The notes under the pieces were generated by a model, which saw nothing but the letters and a program-made list of their open reading frames with translations, did not search any database and was not told the origin of the DNA. DNA of 64,000 nucleotides from Pseudovirgaria hyperparasitica (taxonomy: Eukaryota), in the NCBI GenBank assembly GCA_010093815.1, contig ML996567.1. One strand, written 5' to 3'. A program made the position numbers and the translations under genes. Positions 27,281-38,169 of this stretch are shown here, piece by piece; within the stretch, counting starts at the first letter, position 1; each line of letters starts with the position of its first letter.

Positions 27281-29648
27281 CCTGAGTTTTGAGAGAGCCC
27301 AGGGCGCACCCTCGTCTTATTGGGTATATGTACTGCTGGTCTCGACAGAAATGTTGAGGTAGACCCTCTAGTGGCGGACAGGGACCATGTCTTGGGCCTT
27401 TTGACTCGACGCAGCTCGGCTGTTTGCCAGGCAGGAGGTGGAGGGTAGCGGGAGAGTTGCAGGATGGATCGGGTCGTCGGCGACACACAATGGCGGGGTG
27501 TTCGTATGTTGGAGGTGTATGAAGAGTTGGTGGTATTAGGAGGGAGTCCGACGACTGTATGGATGCAGTATAGACGAATGTTCCAGAGGTGCCTGCGGTC
27601 TCTGCCCTGCGTCTGTCGCGCAAGCGCGGCCACTGCGGTGAAAGGTCTTGGCAAGGAGGGACCTCACTCCCCCTGGCCTTGTGGTCTACTACTCACGACA
27701 CCAAAAATCAATGGATCCAACAATCAGCAGCATATTTCGAGTGTTCATTTGCTCATACATCAGACAGCAGAATCCAGCAAGAACATGTGTGACAGAGCCT
27801 TGAGGTCGGTCTGCCTATCTTCAAGAGAAATGTCGCCGTCTACCCGTCTCCACCATTAGTTGCGATATCGTACTCTTCTCCATTGAACGGTTCATTTATT
27901 TCGGAAAGCCAACTAGATTGAGAATACTGAGACTTCAAGCGGCGCATTGCCCTGCAGCAGGAACCTTGTCTGCATGCAACGGGTCCGGCAATGAGCTGGC
28001 TTGTTTCATGCAAAACCATACTCGTCGATCTTGTTGGCTACTGCCAGAGAACGTTCACATGGTTCGAGCATAGGAACAAGTGCATTGCGACAGGATTCTC
28101 AGTATTAGTATTCTGACGGAACCCTTGCGAAGCAGATTCTGGAAAGGACAATCTTCCGCAAGGCCATCCTCGGGCGCTGTGCTATTCGAAAACACTAGTT
28201 GCTCAATTGAATTCTTCAAATACGATGAATATCGACCACAAGATTAACCAGCTCGGCATATTGGTCTACAACAAACAATAACAGCAAGCTGGTTATGCAC
28301 TCTGTCCTAACTCACTAGTCCAGAACAGGCAAGGCTATATTTAGGACTACCCCGGATCTAGCCCGTACCATAGCTTTTGGTACAAGCTCGATCGACTCTT
28401 CCGATTCTCCCTTTCCAGGCAGGTATCGATCGCCGAAACTCAACCACATCTCGATCCGTCCTAGAAAGCAGTCAACAACTCATGAAAGCTCCACTGTTAT
28501 GCAACACCAGTATTTGTGACAGTATGGCGGTCTGCCATCGCCAACGAAGAGCAGGACTGTGCTTTGGCGTTTGATCCAGCCTAAAATGGGCACGCGCGCG
28601 GATAAAGTGGTAAGGATTGATGAAAATGCCACCATAGCGTTTTCACTGAGACATTAATGGCAATAATGATCGCACAATGCCCTATATATAATACCACCGC
28701 CTCGTACGCCCACCGTAAGTCCTCGGCTCACTTCTTCCTCAGACGTCGGATCGGCGTACGGGACTTTTCGACTTTGACAGCCAAACGTGGCTACAACCGC
28801 ACACAATACCAGCGATATGTCGAAATCTTCACCCATCAGATTTTTCGTCGCTTTACTTGCTCTCGTCCAGGTTGCATGCTGTCTGCTCAATATCATGAAC
28901 CTTTTCGCTCCACCAGCCGCAAAGGCATTGCTGTCAAAAGTAGCTACCATCAAATGGCCGCTGTCCTTTGATTATGCCGTGCGAGACACGCCCCTCACCT
29001 GAGACATCAGCCACCTTTGTCAAGCGATGCTGTGTTTCATGCTCTGTCTTGCATGCGCCGGAATGCAAGCCATTCATTCCAGACCAACTCACACAACGGC
29101 CAAGAACCTCACATTCGTCCGCAAATGCTAGCACGAGCAATGATATCAACTGCTGCCACAATGCAGGAGGCACGGCAACTCGAGTGCTACTCATGAGAAA
29201 CGATTTGGGCCCTGCCTTGGCTTCAACATCCTACGAGCAAATCTATCGACTCGACCTTGAAGACCTAGCCTCCGAGCATGGAATGCTACTGGGCTTAGAG
29301 GTTTGCTGGTTCGTCGGAGCCAACAGTCCGGATATAAGCGGTCACTGCTTGGATATGTCGCGAGAGAAACAAATTGTGCAAATGTACTTTGCATCAGAGA
29401 CGCTTCGTCCAAGAAATCACGGAAGTGGGCAAGGGGGTTTGCGTTTGAGAGCAGGAAACAACATCTCTATATGTCTGACATGACCAGGACTTATATGTGT
29501 ATATATTCAAGCGTAAACAAAAGACATAACCACTATGCGCCACCTATTTGCTGCGTGTCTAGAACTAAGCCAAAAAACTGTGTATCGTCGCACCAAACAC
29601 CGTAGTCCCAACACGACAAAATGCCCCCAACTCCCCAGCTCTTTCCAT

Positions 29649-31568
29649 CTACCATCCAAACTTCTCGACGCAAACCCTCACATCCCTCCCCATCCCCACC
29701 ATCCCCGCACACGCATTGCGTACATCGCGATTCATCCCGTCCGGGCCGCTCACAACAACTCCCGTCCTTCCGTCCTCCTGTGCTACCCAGTGGCCCACTA
29801 TCCCCACTACATCAGGCCGTCCCGCCCGTTCCGTAGCCGCCGGAACAGCAACCTCCAATCCCCACGCCACAAGCTCCTCCATCTTCTCCTTCGGCAGCCA
29901 CTCCGCATGCTTCTCGGAATGGACAACCCAGAGCAACCTCACACGCCGTCGCCTATTCTCTCCATTGCTGCCCGACAAAGCGAGCACATTCTCGGCATCG
30001 CAATGCCGTGGATGTAGCAGCGCATACAAGAGCGGGTACGCAACTGCAATGCCCGAGCCGCCTACCACCAAGATCGCGGAATCCGCGCTCTCGAGTACGT
30101 CTAGCGCGTGCGGACTCCCGTACGGCCCGTCGACGCGCATGCGGACGCTGGAATGGGTGCGTGCGTAGGCAAGAAGGGACGCGCTAAAGCCGGCTCGAGC
30201 GCGGACGAGGAGCGTCAGCCATGCGTGCGACGATGCGGTGGTAGAGGTGCTTGTGGGCGCGGCTGAGAAGATTGTGAATGGGTGTGCTTGTAGGGCGGCG
30301 GAGCGTGAGAGCGCGGGGATGGTCACGAAGACATGATCGGTAGGAGCCCAGCCATGAGAGATGTTTGCGTGGAGGAAGGGCGTGGTTGGGGGTAGATGCC
30401 AGTTTGCGGAGATGAGGAGGGTGTGTACGTCGGGGAGGATGGTGAGGGATGCAGTGATGGTTGTGCGTTTGAGCGTAAGACGAAACAGGATGCGATCCGT
30501 GAGGAATATGAGCACAGAAGCGAGGACGTAGATCTGCGCCGTGGGGAAATGGAAGTATGCGAATAGAAGTGCGAGGGCTTGGAAGACGATGTGCGAGGCG
30601 AGGAAAAGCTCGTACCAGCGTTGTCGGAACGAGCTTAGGGATGTAACGTACAGCGTTTCGTATGATATAAACGCGCCGAGGCCGAGGATGACGAGATTTG
30701 TGCTTATGAAGCGCAATAAAGTGAATCCTTCGGGTCGTAGGTCGATATACCAGACGATGATCATGCCGAGGAAATGCAGAAGCGCGGTCAGACACATGAG
30801 TTCGCCGAGACGACGGTGCCAGATGTTGAGAGATTCATAAGAGATCCCAGTGAGCCAGCGAATCGGCTGGTTTTTGGCGCCAAACAGGTAGAGGAAAGGG
30901 AGGTTGGCAACGAAGATAAGACCCAGGCGGTCGGCGAAGACAAAAAAGAGGTCGAGGCGGAAGGGGATGCGATACACGGCGTAGAAGATGTTGATGGCTA
31001 GGAAAAGAATTATAGCAAGAGACGTAAGGTTTGAGGGGAGAACCTTGTCAAAGTAGGGGATGTTGGCAGGTTGATACATCGCCCAGGCTTTGATCTTGTT
31101 CTTGATTCTTGGCTTCTTTGTTGCTGATATTCCTAATAGAGGTTTCCTTTCGTTGTCGTGGCTGTCCATTTCATATGGCGAAGTCTCTATTCCTACGACT
31201 GTACTACTCCCTGAGGTCATTCCATCGTCTCTTTCCGTCAGCAATTCTGTGTCCACGGTCTGCGGTCTCGAGTCTTTCTCTTTATTGTCCCCCTTTCGCC
31301 ACCTCCTGCTTCTCCTCTGCCATACATCTACTCCGTTCCAAATTGTGAATCCAGCTAGTATCATCAATAGCACTCCATTATAGCTTGGTACAAATCTCCG
31401 AGAGAACAGTATACCATTCACTAACTCTTTGAATTTCTCAGGGTCCTGGGGTGCCTTGCCGAAGCCTAGGGTTCCGACAGCACCACCGGTTATCTTTCGA
31501 GAGTGTATAAGGCGTGTACGAATGGCAGCGACGAGCCAGCCGTCATCTGCGCTTATGGCTGTCGCCAT
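29649..31568 (-). CDS. Ferric reductase-like transmembrane oxidoreductase (FRE family)
   Basis: TM helices with heme His (NIWHRRLG...LLHF; FLASH...YFH), FAD motif HPFTI, VDGPYG, NADPH motif LVVGGSGI, SGPDGM, EKFGW terminus. Confidence 0.93.
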   Translation of the reverse strand: MATAISADDGWLVAAIRTRLIHSRKITGGAVGTLGFGKAPQDPEKFKELVNGILFSRRFVPSYNGVLLMILAGFTIWNGVDVWQRRSRRWRKGDNKEKDSRPQTVDTELLTERDDGMTSGSSTVVGIETSPYEMDSHDNERKPLLGISATKKPRIKNKIKAWAMYQPANIPYFDKVLPSNLTSLAIILFLAINIFYAVYRIPFRLDLFFVFADRLGLIFVANLPFLYLFGAKNQPIRWLTGISYESLNIWHRRLGELMCLTALLHFLGMIIVWYIDLRPEGFTLLRFISTNLVILGLGAFISYETLYVTSLSSFRQRWYELFLASHIVFQALALLFAYFHFPTAQIYVLASVLIFLTDRILFRLTLKRTTITASLTILPDVHTLLISANWHLPPTTPFLHANISHGWAPTDHVFVTIPALSRSAALQAHPFTIFSAAPTSTSTTASSHAWLTLLVRARAGFSASLLAYARTHSSVRMRVDGPYGSPHALDVLESADSAILVVGGSGIAVAYPLLYALLHPRHCDAENVLALSGSNGENRRRRVRLLWVVHSEKHAEWLPKEKMEELVAWGLEVAVPAATERAGRPDVVGIVGHWVAQEDGRTGVVVSGPDGMNRDVRNACAGMVGMGRDVRVCVEKFGW

Positions 31569-31630
31569 GTATGTCGTCGTCTCGGATATATAGGTGTTGA
31601 TGGTGGTACAGGTTCGAGATCCGAAAGATC

Positions 31631-31639
31631 TTATCAGAT
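31631..31639 (-). promoter_or_regulatory. SreA-type iron-repressor GATA site ATCTGATAA
   Basis: Exact ATCWGATAA match about 63 nt upstream of the ferric reductase ATG, with another GATA a few nt away. Confidence 0.55.
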
Positions 31640-31738
31640 CAGATGAGATAGCGCGGGGACGGACACGGCACGTGGGTTCGGGTGGGTCTGCGAGTCATGC
31701 TCGCTCTTTACATGAATCATATTGATCGCTTTTGCGTT

Positions 31739-31768
31739 TTAGCTGCTAGTTAGCTGCTAGTTAGCTGC
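31739..31768. repeat. 11-bp tandem repeat (TTAGCTGCTAG) x~2.7
   Basis: Read directly from the sequence. Confidence 0.85.
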
Positions 31769-32013
31769 CTAAATATGGTCAACGTCGATGCTAGTATATG
31801 GAATTAGTTCTGTGACAAAGAACACAGCCTGAGTTCACGTGGTCTTCCCGGTTTCTGATCATCTTTCAGTTCCATGTATGATTCCTAATTCACCAAAAAA
31901 ATTCGTCTTATAGTAGACTTCACACCGTTCCGCAAAAAATCGTTGAGTTGAGGCTCTCTCACCCAATGACCCACTGAAGTAGCATGCAGTACTCGATGTG
32001 CAAACGAGCAGGA

Positions 32014-32866
32014 CCGAATTGACAGAGCAAGTGTCTACACGTCCACCAGACTTCCAACAGGATCTACCAACCCCGGACATCTTCATGGTCATCACACATC
32101 CTTTAAATCTCCAATTGCGAGCAGTGAAGAACTACATAGCTCTAGGATACGAACAGTGGCGCAAATCCATCCCGACATTGTTGTCAAGGCTGGTCTATAT
32201 CTAGACCTGGACGATGTGCCCATGATCGAGCACATCAATCATGTTTCAAAGCACTTTCCTCTACCTTTAGGATCACTAACCTTCATGGGCAAGACATATA
32301 TATTTATATTCATGACGCGCATCATTGGATCCTCCTTAGAAGAGCTGTAGCATTCTCTCTCGGCAGACCAAAAATCTCTGTGCGCGATCAGCTTGATGTC
32401 ATACTCCTGGAGCCTAGAGCCTTACCACCACCTCCTACGCAGCTTGGCGGGGACGCACCTCCGAGGTGCAGAAGAAAGCTACGGACTAGTATTATGCTGA
32501 TCAATAATGAGGCTGGGTACAATGGCTTTCTTCCATCGACGATACGTTCAAGAATCACGTAAAGGTCTAAGGAAATTCATATTAACAAAGTGTCTATGCT
32601 CAGATTATCGTGTCATCATGACGCATGGTGACTTCCACCCGAGGAACATCGTAGCAAAGCTTCATGAAGAGCGCGTTACGATAAAGGGTAGGGTTGACTT
32701 GGACAGTGATGGCTCGTACACGCAGTACTGGGAGTACTTGAAATTCCTATATACTATGCCCTCTGTTGGGGAGGATGATTGGTGGTATTATTTGCCAGTA
32801 TTGGGGTTGGGAGAGAATCATAACGAATGGGCCGTGGTCATGGTGCTCGAGAGTATTATTGAATGA
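32014..32866 (+). pseudogene. Degenerate APH/choline-kinase-fold phosphotransferase
   Basis: IVVKAG, YIFIFMTRIIGSSLEEL then TAG (32348-32350), two frameshifts, then VIMTHGDFHPRNIV and YWEYLK. The 5' end is approximate. Confidence 0.75.
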
Positions 32867-32917
32867 ATCCTGATGACCTCTCATTCCACAGCGCAAGTCT
32901 CCCCTCGACTCGTTAAA

Positions 32918-33295
32918 CTACTCATTATATCTAGCTTCGAGGAAGTTTTTGATCTGTTGATGGTCGTGGTCATCGATGATGCCGTCAGCATTCGCGGCAT
33001 CGAGTACTTCGAAAACATATGCCTGACAATCCCAGGCTGCGCTGTCTGTGTGTGGCTTACAGCTTCGAGCATTCTGAGTAAATCCTTCGACATCGTCGAT
33101 CTGAGTCACAAAGACATCCGTTATGTGGCGACTGGAGTGCTCCGGTGGTTCATTATCCCATTCTGCGAGTTTGTAAACTCCAGAATCTCCCTCAGCTTCG
33201 AAAACTCGCGATCAGTCGGGACCTTTCAGCTTGATAGCCCAATGGTGGACATTCCCGTCCTTTGGCTTGTATATAGCGACAAACACTTCTGTCAT
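32918..33295 (-). pseudogene. Small HW...CQ-motif protein (DUF6540-like, possible papain-like fold) interrupted by one in-frame TGA
   Basis: MTEVFVAIYKPKDGNVHHWAIKLKGPD*SRVFEAEG...WDCQAYVFEVLD...RYNE. 126 codons, with the stop at 33214-33212. Confidence 0.6.
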
Positions 33296-33816
33296 CTACC
33301 ATGTCCGTCAGTTTATCACTAGCATCATCCGGAGCGAGAGCACTTACAATGAAAAATCGTGGACGTGTAAGGGTAGGTCGAACCCTTTTTTTTCTGTTTA
33401 AGAAGACACGCGTGGTTACTAGTGCTAAGAGTGATAGAAATTAGGCAGCCAACTGATTGCGCCGGCTTGGCGCTTCCGCGCCTTCATTCCAGAAGGTCAT
33501 GACTAGTAGTAAAACCTGACAGCCTTGTTTGTCTATAAATCTGGTCAGGAATTCTTCTCGCAAGTGTGCGTTGGCAAGTGCGTATTAAACAATCGGGTCA
33601 AGACATGTTCATCATTCTTGACATTGTAAAGCCCACACACAACGCCATCCAGGCACCAGAGTCAATATGTCTCACATACAATCTTGACATTCTTTGGGTT
33701 TTGTAGTACAACATATAAGCTTGGCCATAGTCTTCTCAGCTATCAATATCAACATCTCCGACTTTCATAAACTTCAGTGTTGTACCATAGTCGCGCCACC
33801 GAATCTACCCTCAAAA

Positions 33817-34119
33817 ATGTCTGACAGTGATTCCTCCAGTATTGAGGAAGCCGTTGTTGGTATTGTATTAACTGCTACTTCAGCACCCAATTATTCCTTG
33901 GCAGTGAAGTCTGGCCAATCCGCAAAAGCTGACAGAGAAGCAAAAAAGGTAGCAAAGGAACAAGAAGCTAAGAAAGCAGAAGAAGCCAAGAAAGCAGAAG
34001 AAGCCAAGAAAGCAGAAGAAGCCAAGAAAGCAGAAGAAGCCAAGAAAGCAGAAGAAGCCAAGAAAGCAGAGGAGGCTAAGAAAGGGGAGGAGATCAAGAA
34101 AGAGGGCACCGACAAATAG
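33817..34119 (+). CDS. Hypothetical 100-aa protein with a (KKAEEA)n charged helical tail
   Basis: ATG in good context (CAAAAATGTC). The in-frame 18-bp repeat shows synonymous variation between units. Confidence 0.5.
   Translation: MSDSDSSSIEEAVVGIVLTATSAPNYSLAVKSGQSAKADREAKKVAKEQEAKKAEEAKKAEEAKKAEEAKKAEEAKKAEEAKKAEEAKKGEEIKKEGTDK
33964..34083 (+). repeat. 18-bp tandem repeat GAAGCCAAGAAAGCAGAA x~6.5
   Basis: Read directly from the sequence. Confidence 0.95.
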
Positions 34120-34182
34120 TGGACTGCTCAATGGCAAGTGTAATGGCCACACGGCACGACACATACATTCGGAACGATCTCC

Positions 34183-35816
34183 TTACTCTTGCTTCACAAT
34201 CCCTATCTTTCCGTCCGGTTGTTCGCTGCACGGCTCTTCCTTGCCAAACGCACGGCGGAGCTCCAAATCATACTGCTTCTGGTCATTGACTTTCTGTTCG
34301 ACCACCATCCCGGAATCTTCTCTCCAGAATCTCGACAGCACTTTTTCGCATTCGGGCGACAAGTAGGGGGAGAATCGAGGGCAGATATGCTCTTCAATAA
34401 CGAAAAGTATAGCGTTGAAAGACTCCAAAGAATACCAAAACCACACTCCTCTTGACTCCCACATTTTATTCATAATCCTGGCAAGTGAAAAGTTGCGCTC
34501 CGATGCCATTCCACGCTCCTCTTCTTCAAACATATGCATAAATTCTTGGCGAACCCTGTTGAATTCATCGAAATGTTCGTTTCGTAGTTCGTCAATGCAA
34601 CGTCCGGTGAGCCAGTAAGGGACGGCAAGCATCTCTACTGGTAGAGCACATACCCATTCTAAATCAATGAGACACGTGATGTTCCATTCTTCATCAACAA
34701 AGATGTTGCTCGCGTGGAAATCGGTAAATTGGAGAATGAATGGGCCATTACGGCGCTCACGTCTGATGTAATGATGCGATAGTGCACGGAGTAACGTTCT
34801 GATAGACATCTGGCTGCGGCAGTCTTCAGCGCTATAGACAGCATTAGGGTTACTAACAAGATATTCATCATGCATGGAAATCATATCAGATACGAATGGC
34901 TCCGTTTGCAGATACGTGTCGTTTTGTTGTATTATTCTTGGTACGCCATCGTTCTCTAACATCATGGTCGCGCAAGTAAGTGGACGATTCAATAATGTTA
35001 TAGTGCAATCATGATTAAATCGGAAAGCGCCTATTCTAGGCTGAGGTATGCGGGCAAGAGAGAGCATGAGGTGCGCTATGCCTTTTTCTAGCCTTTTTCG
35101 ACGGTCTGGATCTTCTCGCCACATCTCCCATGTATTAGAAAGCACCTGGCCCGTTTCGGGTTTGATATATTCGAGTAACATGTAGGCAGTAGGTAGGTTA
35201 TGGACGATTGAGATCGGGGTGTACTTCGAGAGCTCTGGATAGCAAAAGACACGGTAGATAGAGCGCCAGAACAGACATCTAAGGCGAACGTAGAACGGGC
35301 GTTTCTCCTCACGTGTATACTATACGCTTTTTAGCAGGTAATTGACAAAGTCAAAGCACCACCTACATGACGCTGGTCCAAGGACCCAAAGCCATGTAGG
35401 AACGGGATGCGGATATCAGAGCATTTCTTCTGCATCCAGACATATGTGCCCACTTCGCAGCTGAGTTTTTCGTCCACTGTACCAGGATACCTCTCTTCAG
35501 CAAGCTTGTGTGGCATTGGGCAGCGCAGGACAAACTTCTTCCCTATACCACGAGATGTCACCTCTACTAGCACACAGATGTTGAAGCTGCCTTGGATCCA
35601 TAGTTGCGGTGGAAGGACTACGCAGGTGTCGTTCCGACTAATTTGAAGGTGGTGTCTAGTGAGAGCGCAGATAGTGTCTCTACAGTCCCATAGTTTTTGG
35701 TAGAGGTCCCTTGTCGCCCGGACATCCGCTATCTGATGGAGGATGTTTCTTTCTTTCTTCGAGGCCGAGGTATACGTGCTAGGAGCGCGGTCAAGGTATT
35801 CGACACCGTCGAGCAT
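34183..35816 (-). CDS. APH-fold phosphotransferase family protein (2 exons)
   Basis: WIQGSFNIC, VLRCPMPHKLAE, CEVGTYVWM, YMLLEYI, FTDFHASNIFVDEEWNITCLIDLEW. Intron ~35320-35366. The start could extend upstream to 36134. Confidence 0.88.
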
Positions 35817-36031
35817 GGTGATGGTTGATGGAAATGCACGGATGACTGGCATAGGTGTTGCAATGCAACCCCTGACTCCACCCAGCCTGAAACCCCTTGA
35901 TCCGTGCGCTGAAACAGCCCACAGTAGTTCAGCCTGAGCCGAGGAGCTAAGCATGTCTTCCAGATTAGGGAAACATTCCAGAACACCAATGCATGGATGT
36001 TTACAACATCGAGCTCCGACATCATTAAAAG

Positions 36032-36115
36032 CACAATGATGACGACAGTGACCACAATGACCACAATGACCACAATTACCACAATTACCACAATGACCAC
36101 AGTGACCACAATGCC
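36032..36115. repeat. 9-bp tandem repeat (ACCACAATG-like) x~8
   Basis: Read directly from the sequence. Encodes (CGH/CGN)n on the minus strand. Confidence 0.9.
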
Positions 36116-36179
36116 GTAAACAGATATTCATCATTAAGATCGTTCACATTAATTATCTGCAATTACACACAAGTAGAAC

Positions 36180-37523
36180 CTAGCCCGAAATATGCAGGCC
36201 CAAATTGCCACCCAACAAAACTTTGATCGCTGCAATCAGCTCCTTGCCAATGGCAATCCCGGTGCCAAAGTCCGGCACAGTGATCGCGACAGGAATCATC
36301 ACGCACTTCTTCAACGTAACTGGCTTCCCGTTCAGCCTATCTGAAATCCAATTCAGCGCACTCGCACTTCCCGTGATCGCCTCGCTGATGTGCTCGCCGA
36401 TGATATTCTTCCGGTACTCGATGATGGCGCCCTTCCCACACAGAGTGTCGACCAGTTTGTCCGTATCCGCCACAGGACTGATCTCGTCCGCAGCAGCCTT
36501 GTACACATACATCGGCATCGTCGGAGTCCCGTGAACACCCATGAGTCCCGCCGAGCCCAAAACACTGCTGGGCACCGGGTCCTTGGACAGCTCCTTGCCG
36601 CCATCAAAGTATGTGAACAAATCCTTGTTCCCACCGGCACTGGCCGTCTGCTGGAGGCAGCCATTCGCAATCTTGAAGAACTCCTCCTTCTTCTCCGCAA
36701 TCAGGTGCTGGTTCGCGTACTCGGTCAGGTTCGGGAACGCCTTGATGAAGCCGTATATGCCACTGAACGCCAGCCCCGCGAAGAAGCCCTTGTTGATCGT
36801 CTCAAGAACAGACTGGATGTCGGGCACCAGCCCGCCCAGCGCGACGCCCTGGAACTTGAGCTCTGGCGCATACTGTGGCTGCAGCTCCGCCGCCCACTCG
36901 CTGGCCAGCGATCCGCCCGAGTAGCCCCACATTGCGTATCGCGCGTTGCTGGCTAGGCCGGCGGATTTGGGCGCTTCGTTGAGGGCGGCGCGCACGCTGT
37001 CGAGGGTTGCGTAGCCGGCGGCTGTCCCGACGGTGTAGACGGCGTTGAGTCCTTCATAGTCTGACGACACGACGTACCAGCCCTGGTCCAGCGCGGCGGC
37101 GATCATGATGATGTCGGCGAGGGCGGTGGTGTTGGCGCCGCTCTGGATGGCATAGCTGGGGCTGCAGTCGTTCTTTGCCGAGTCGTAGGCCTGCTGGTAT
37201 GCGAGGAGCTTAGTTGGGTCTGCTTTGAAGGGCTTGAGCAGGGTGGTTACTGCGGCAGCTGGGTTACCGAGGGCGTCGGTGGTGCGGTAGAGGTACTGGT
37301 ATACGGCCTCGACTTTCTCGTTGCCGCCCAGGTTTGGCATCAGACCAGACAGGTTGGGGGGCACTTGACGTTTATCAATGACGGTGCCGGGGCTGTATGA
37401 TGCAATGTTGGGGGGAGTTCGATAGAAGGGGTCCTGCGACGGGATGGTGACGCGGCTAAGGAGGGCTGCCGCGGAGGAGAGCGTGATGCCCGAGAGGAGC
37501 GTGAGTGTCGTGGTGAGCTTCAT
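36180..37523 (-). CDS. Secreted lipase (LIP / Candida lipase-like family)
   Basis: Signal peptide MKLTTTLTLLSGITLSSAAAL, PSQDPFY, YQYLYRTTD, CSPSY, SDYEG, nucleophile motif WGYSGG, DEISP, EH. TATA tract at 37641-37653. Confidence 0.93.
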   Translation of the reverse strand: MKLTTTLTLLSGITLSSAAALLSRVTIPSQDPFYRTPPNIASYSPGTVIDKRQVPPNLSGLMPNLGGNEKVEAVYQYLYRTTDALGNPAAAVTTLLKPFKADPTKLLAYQQAYDSAKNDCSPSYAIQSGANTTALADIIMIAAALDQGWYVVSSDYEGLNAVYTVGTAAGYATLDSVRAALNEAPKSAGLASNARYAMWGYSGGSLASEWAAELQPQYAPELKFQGVALGGLVPDIQSVLETINKGFFAGLAFSGIYGFIKAFPNLTEYANQHLIAEKKEEFFKIANGCLQQTASAGGNKDLFTYFDGGKELSKDPVPSSVLGSAGLMGVHGTPTMPMYVYKAAADEISPVADTDKLVDTLCGKGAIIEYRKNIIGEHISEAITGSASALNWISDRLNGKPVTLKKCVMIPVAITVPDFGTGIAIGKELIAAIKVLLGGNLGLHISG

Positions 37524-38017
37524 GATGGCGATAAGGGGCACTCCAGAGAACCAGCTGAGAGAGACAGAGAGAGAGAGGTATGGGGTTGCAGACAAAGAGC
37601 TCGCTGAACAAAAGGAAAAATTGTGAAGGCATCAAGCCCCTATATATATATAAATCCTCAACGATAGCCCAAACCAAGACGCCATCGTCCCGATCTTTCG
37701 TTTCGTTTTCGTTACGATCCCACGGATATCCCAAAAAAAGACGAGACGCAGCCCTAAACTAGCCCAGACTACTCACCTGCACTCCGGAAGACCCTCACCC
37801 TCGAATCTAAAAGGGGTGTTTACCCCAGAGTGGGCTTAGCGCTGATTCAACGCCAGTAAAACATGGCCAATCACAGGCCGGTAATACTGTCCACGCCCCA
37901 CACCCCCCTTGCCACCAGTGGTGTCGTGCCGGCGCCCTAACGGTCTCATCGATGGTTCGGCGCTCCATACGGCTTAGCCGATCCATCTCCGATCAAGTCC
38001 GGAGAACCAAACATGGC

Positions 38018-38169
38018 CCTCGGATCACGCAGCTGTCGTGGCTCGTTTTGTCGTGCATTTGTTGATGTAGCCCTCTATGCACGATGCGCCCAGTGGAGAA
38101 TCCGGGGTGCGTTTTCGCGGGGAGCCCGTTCGTTTGTGGAGAGAGCCCAGGGTCACCGCTTGGCCGAGG
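38018..38169. promoter_or_regulatory. Two CCTCGG/CCGAGG motifs (FarA/CTF1-type fatty-acid response) upstream of the lipase
   Basis: CCTCGG at 38018-38023 and CCGAGG at 38164-38169. The motif is short, so chance matches are possible. Confidence 0.35.

Noticed and set aside
27067..27654. 195-aa ORF suggesting a long N-terminal extension of AP-2 alpha
   Set aside because: It reads through an intron; the spliced model from ATG 27280 restores the conserved MRGL start region.
33212..33214. In-frame TGA as selenocysteine
   Set aside because: It is not at the putative catalytic Cys, no SECIS-like element was seen, and ascomycetes are not known to have Sec machinery.
33964..36115. Tandem repeats as a CRISPR-like array
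   Set aside because: The units are contiguous with no unique spacers, and the context is eukaryotic.
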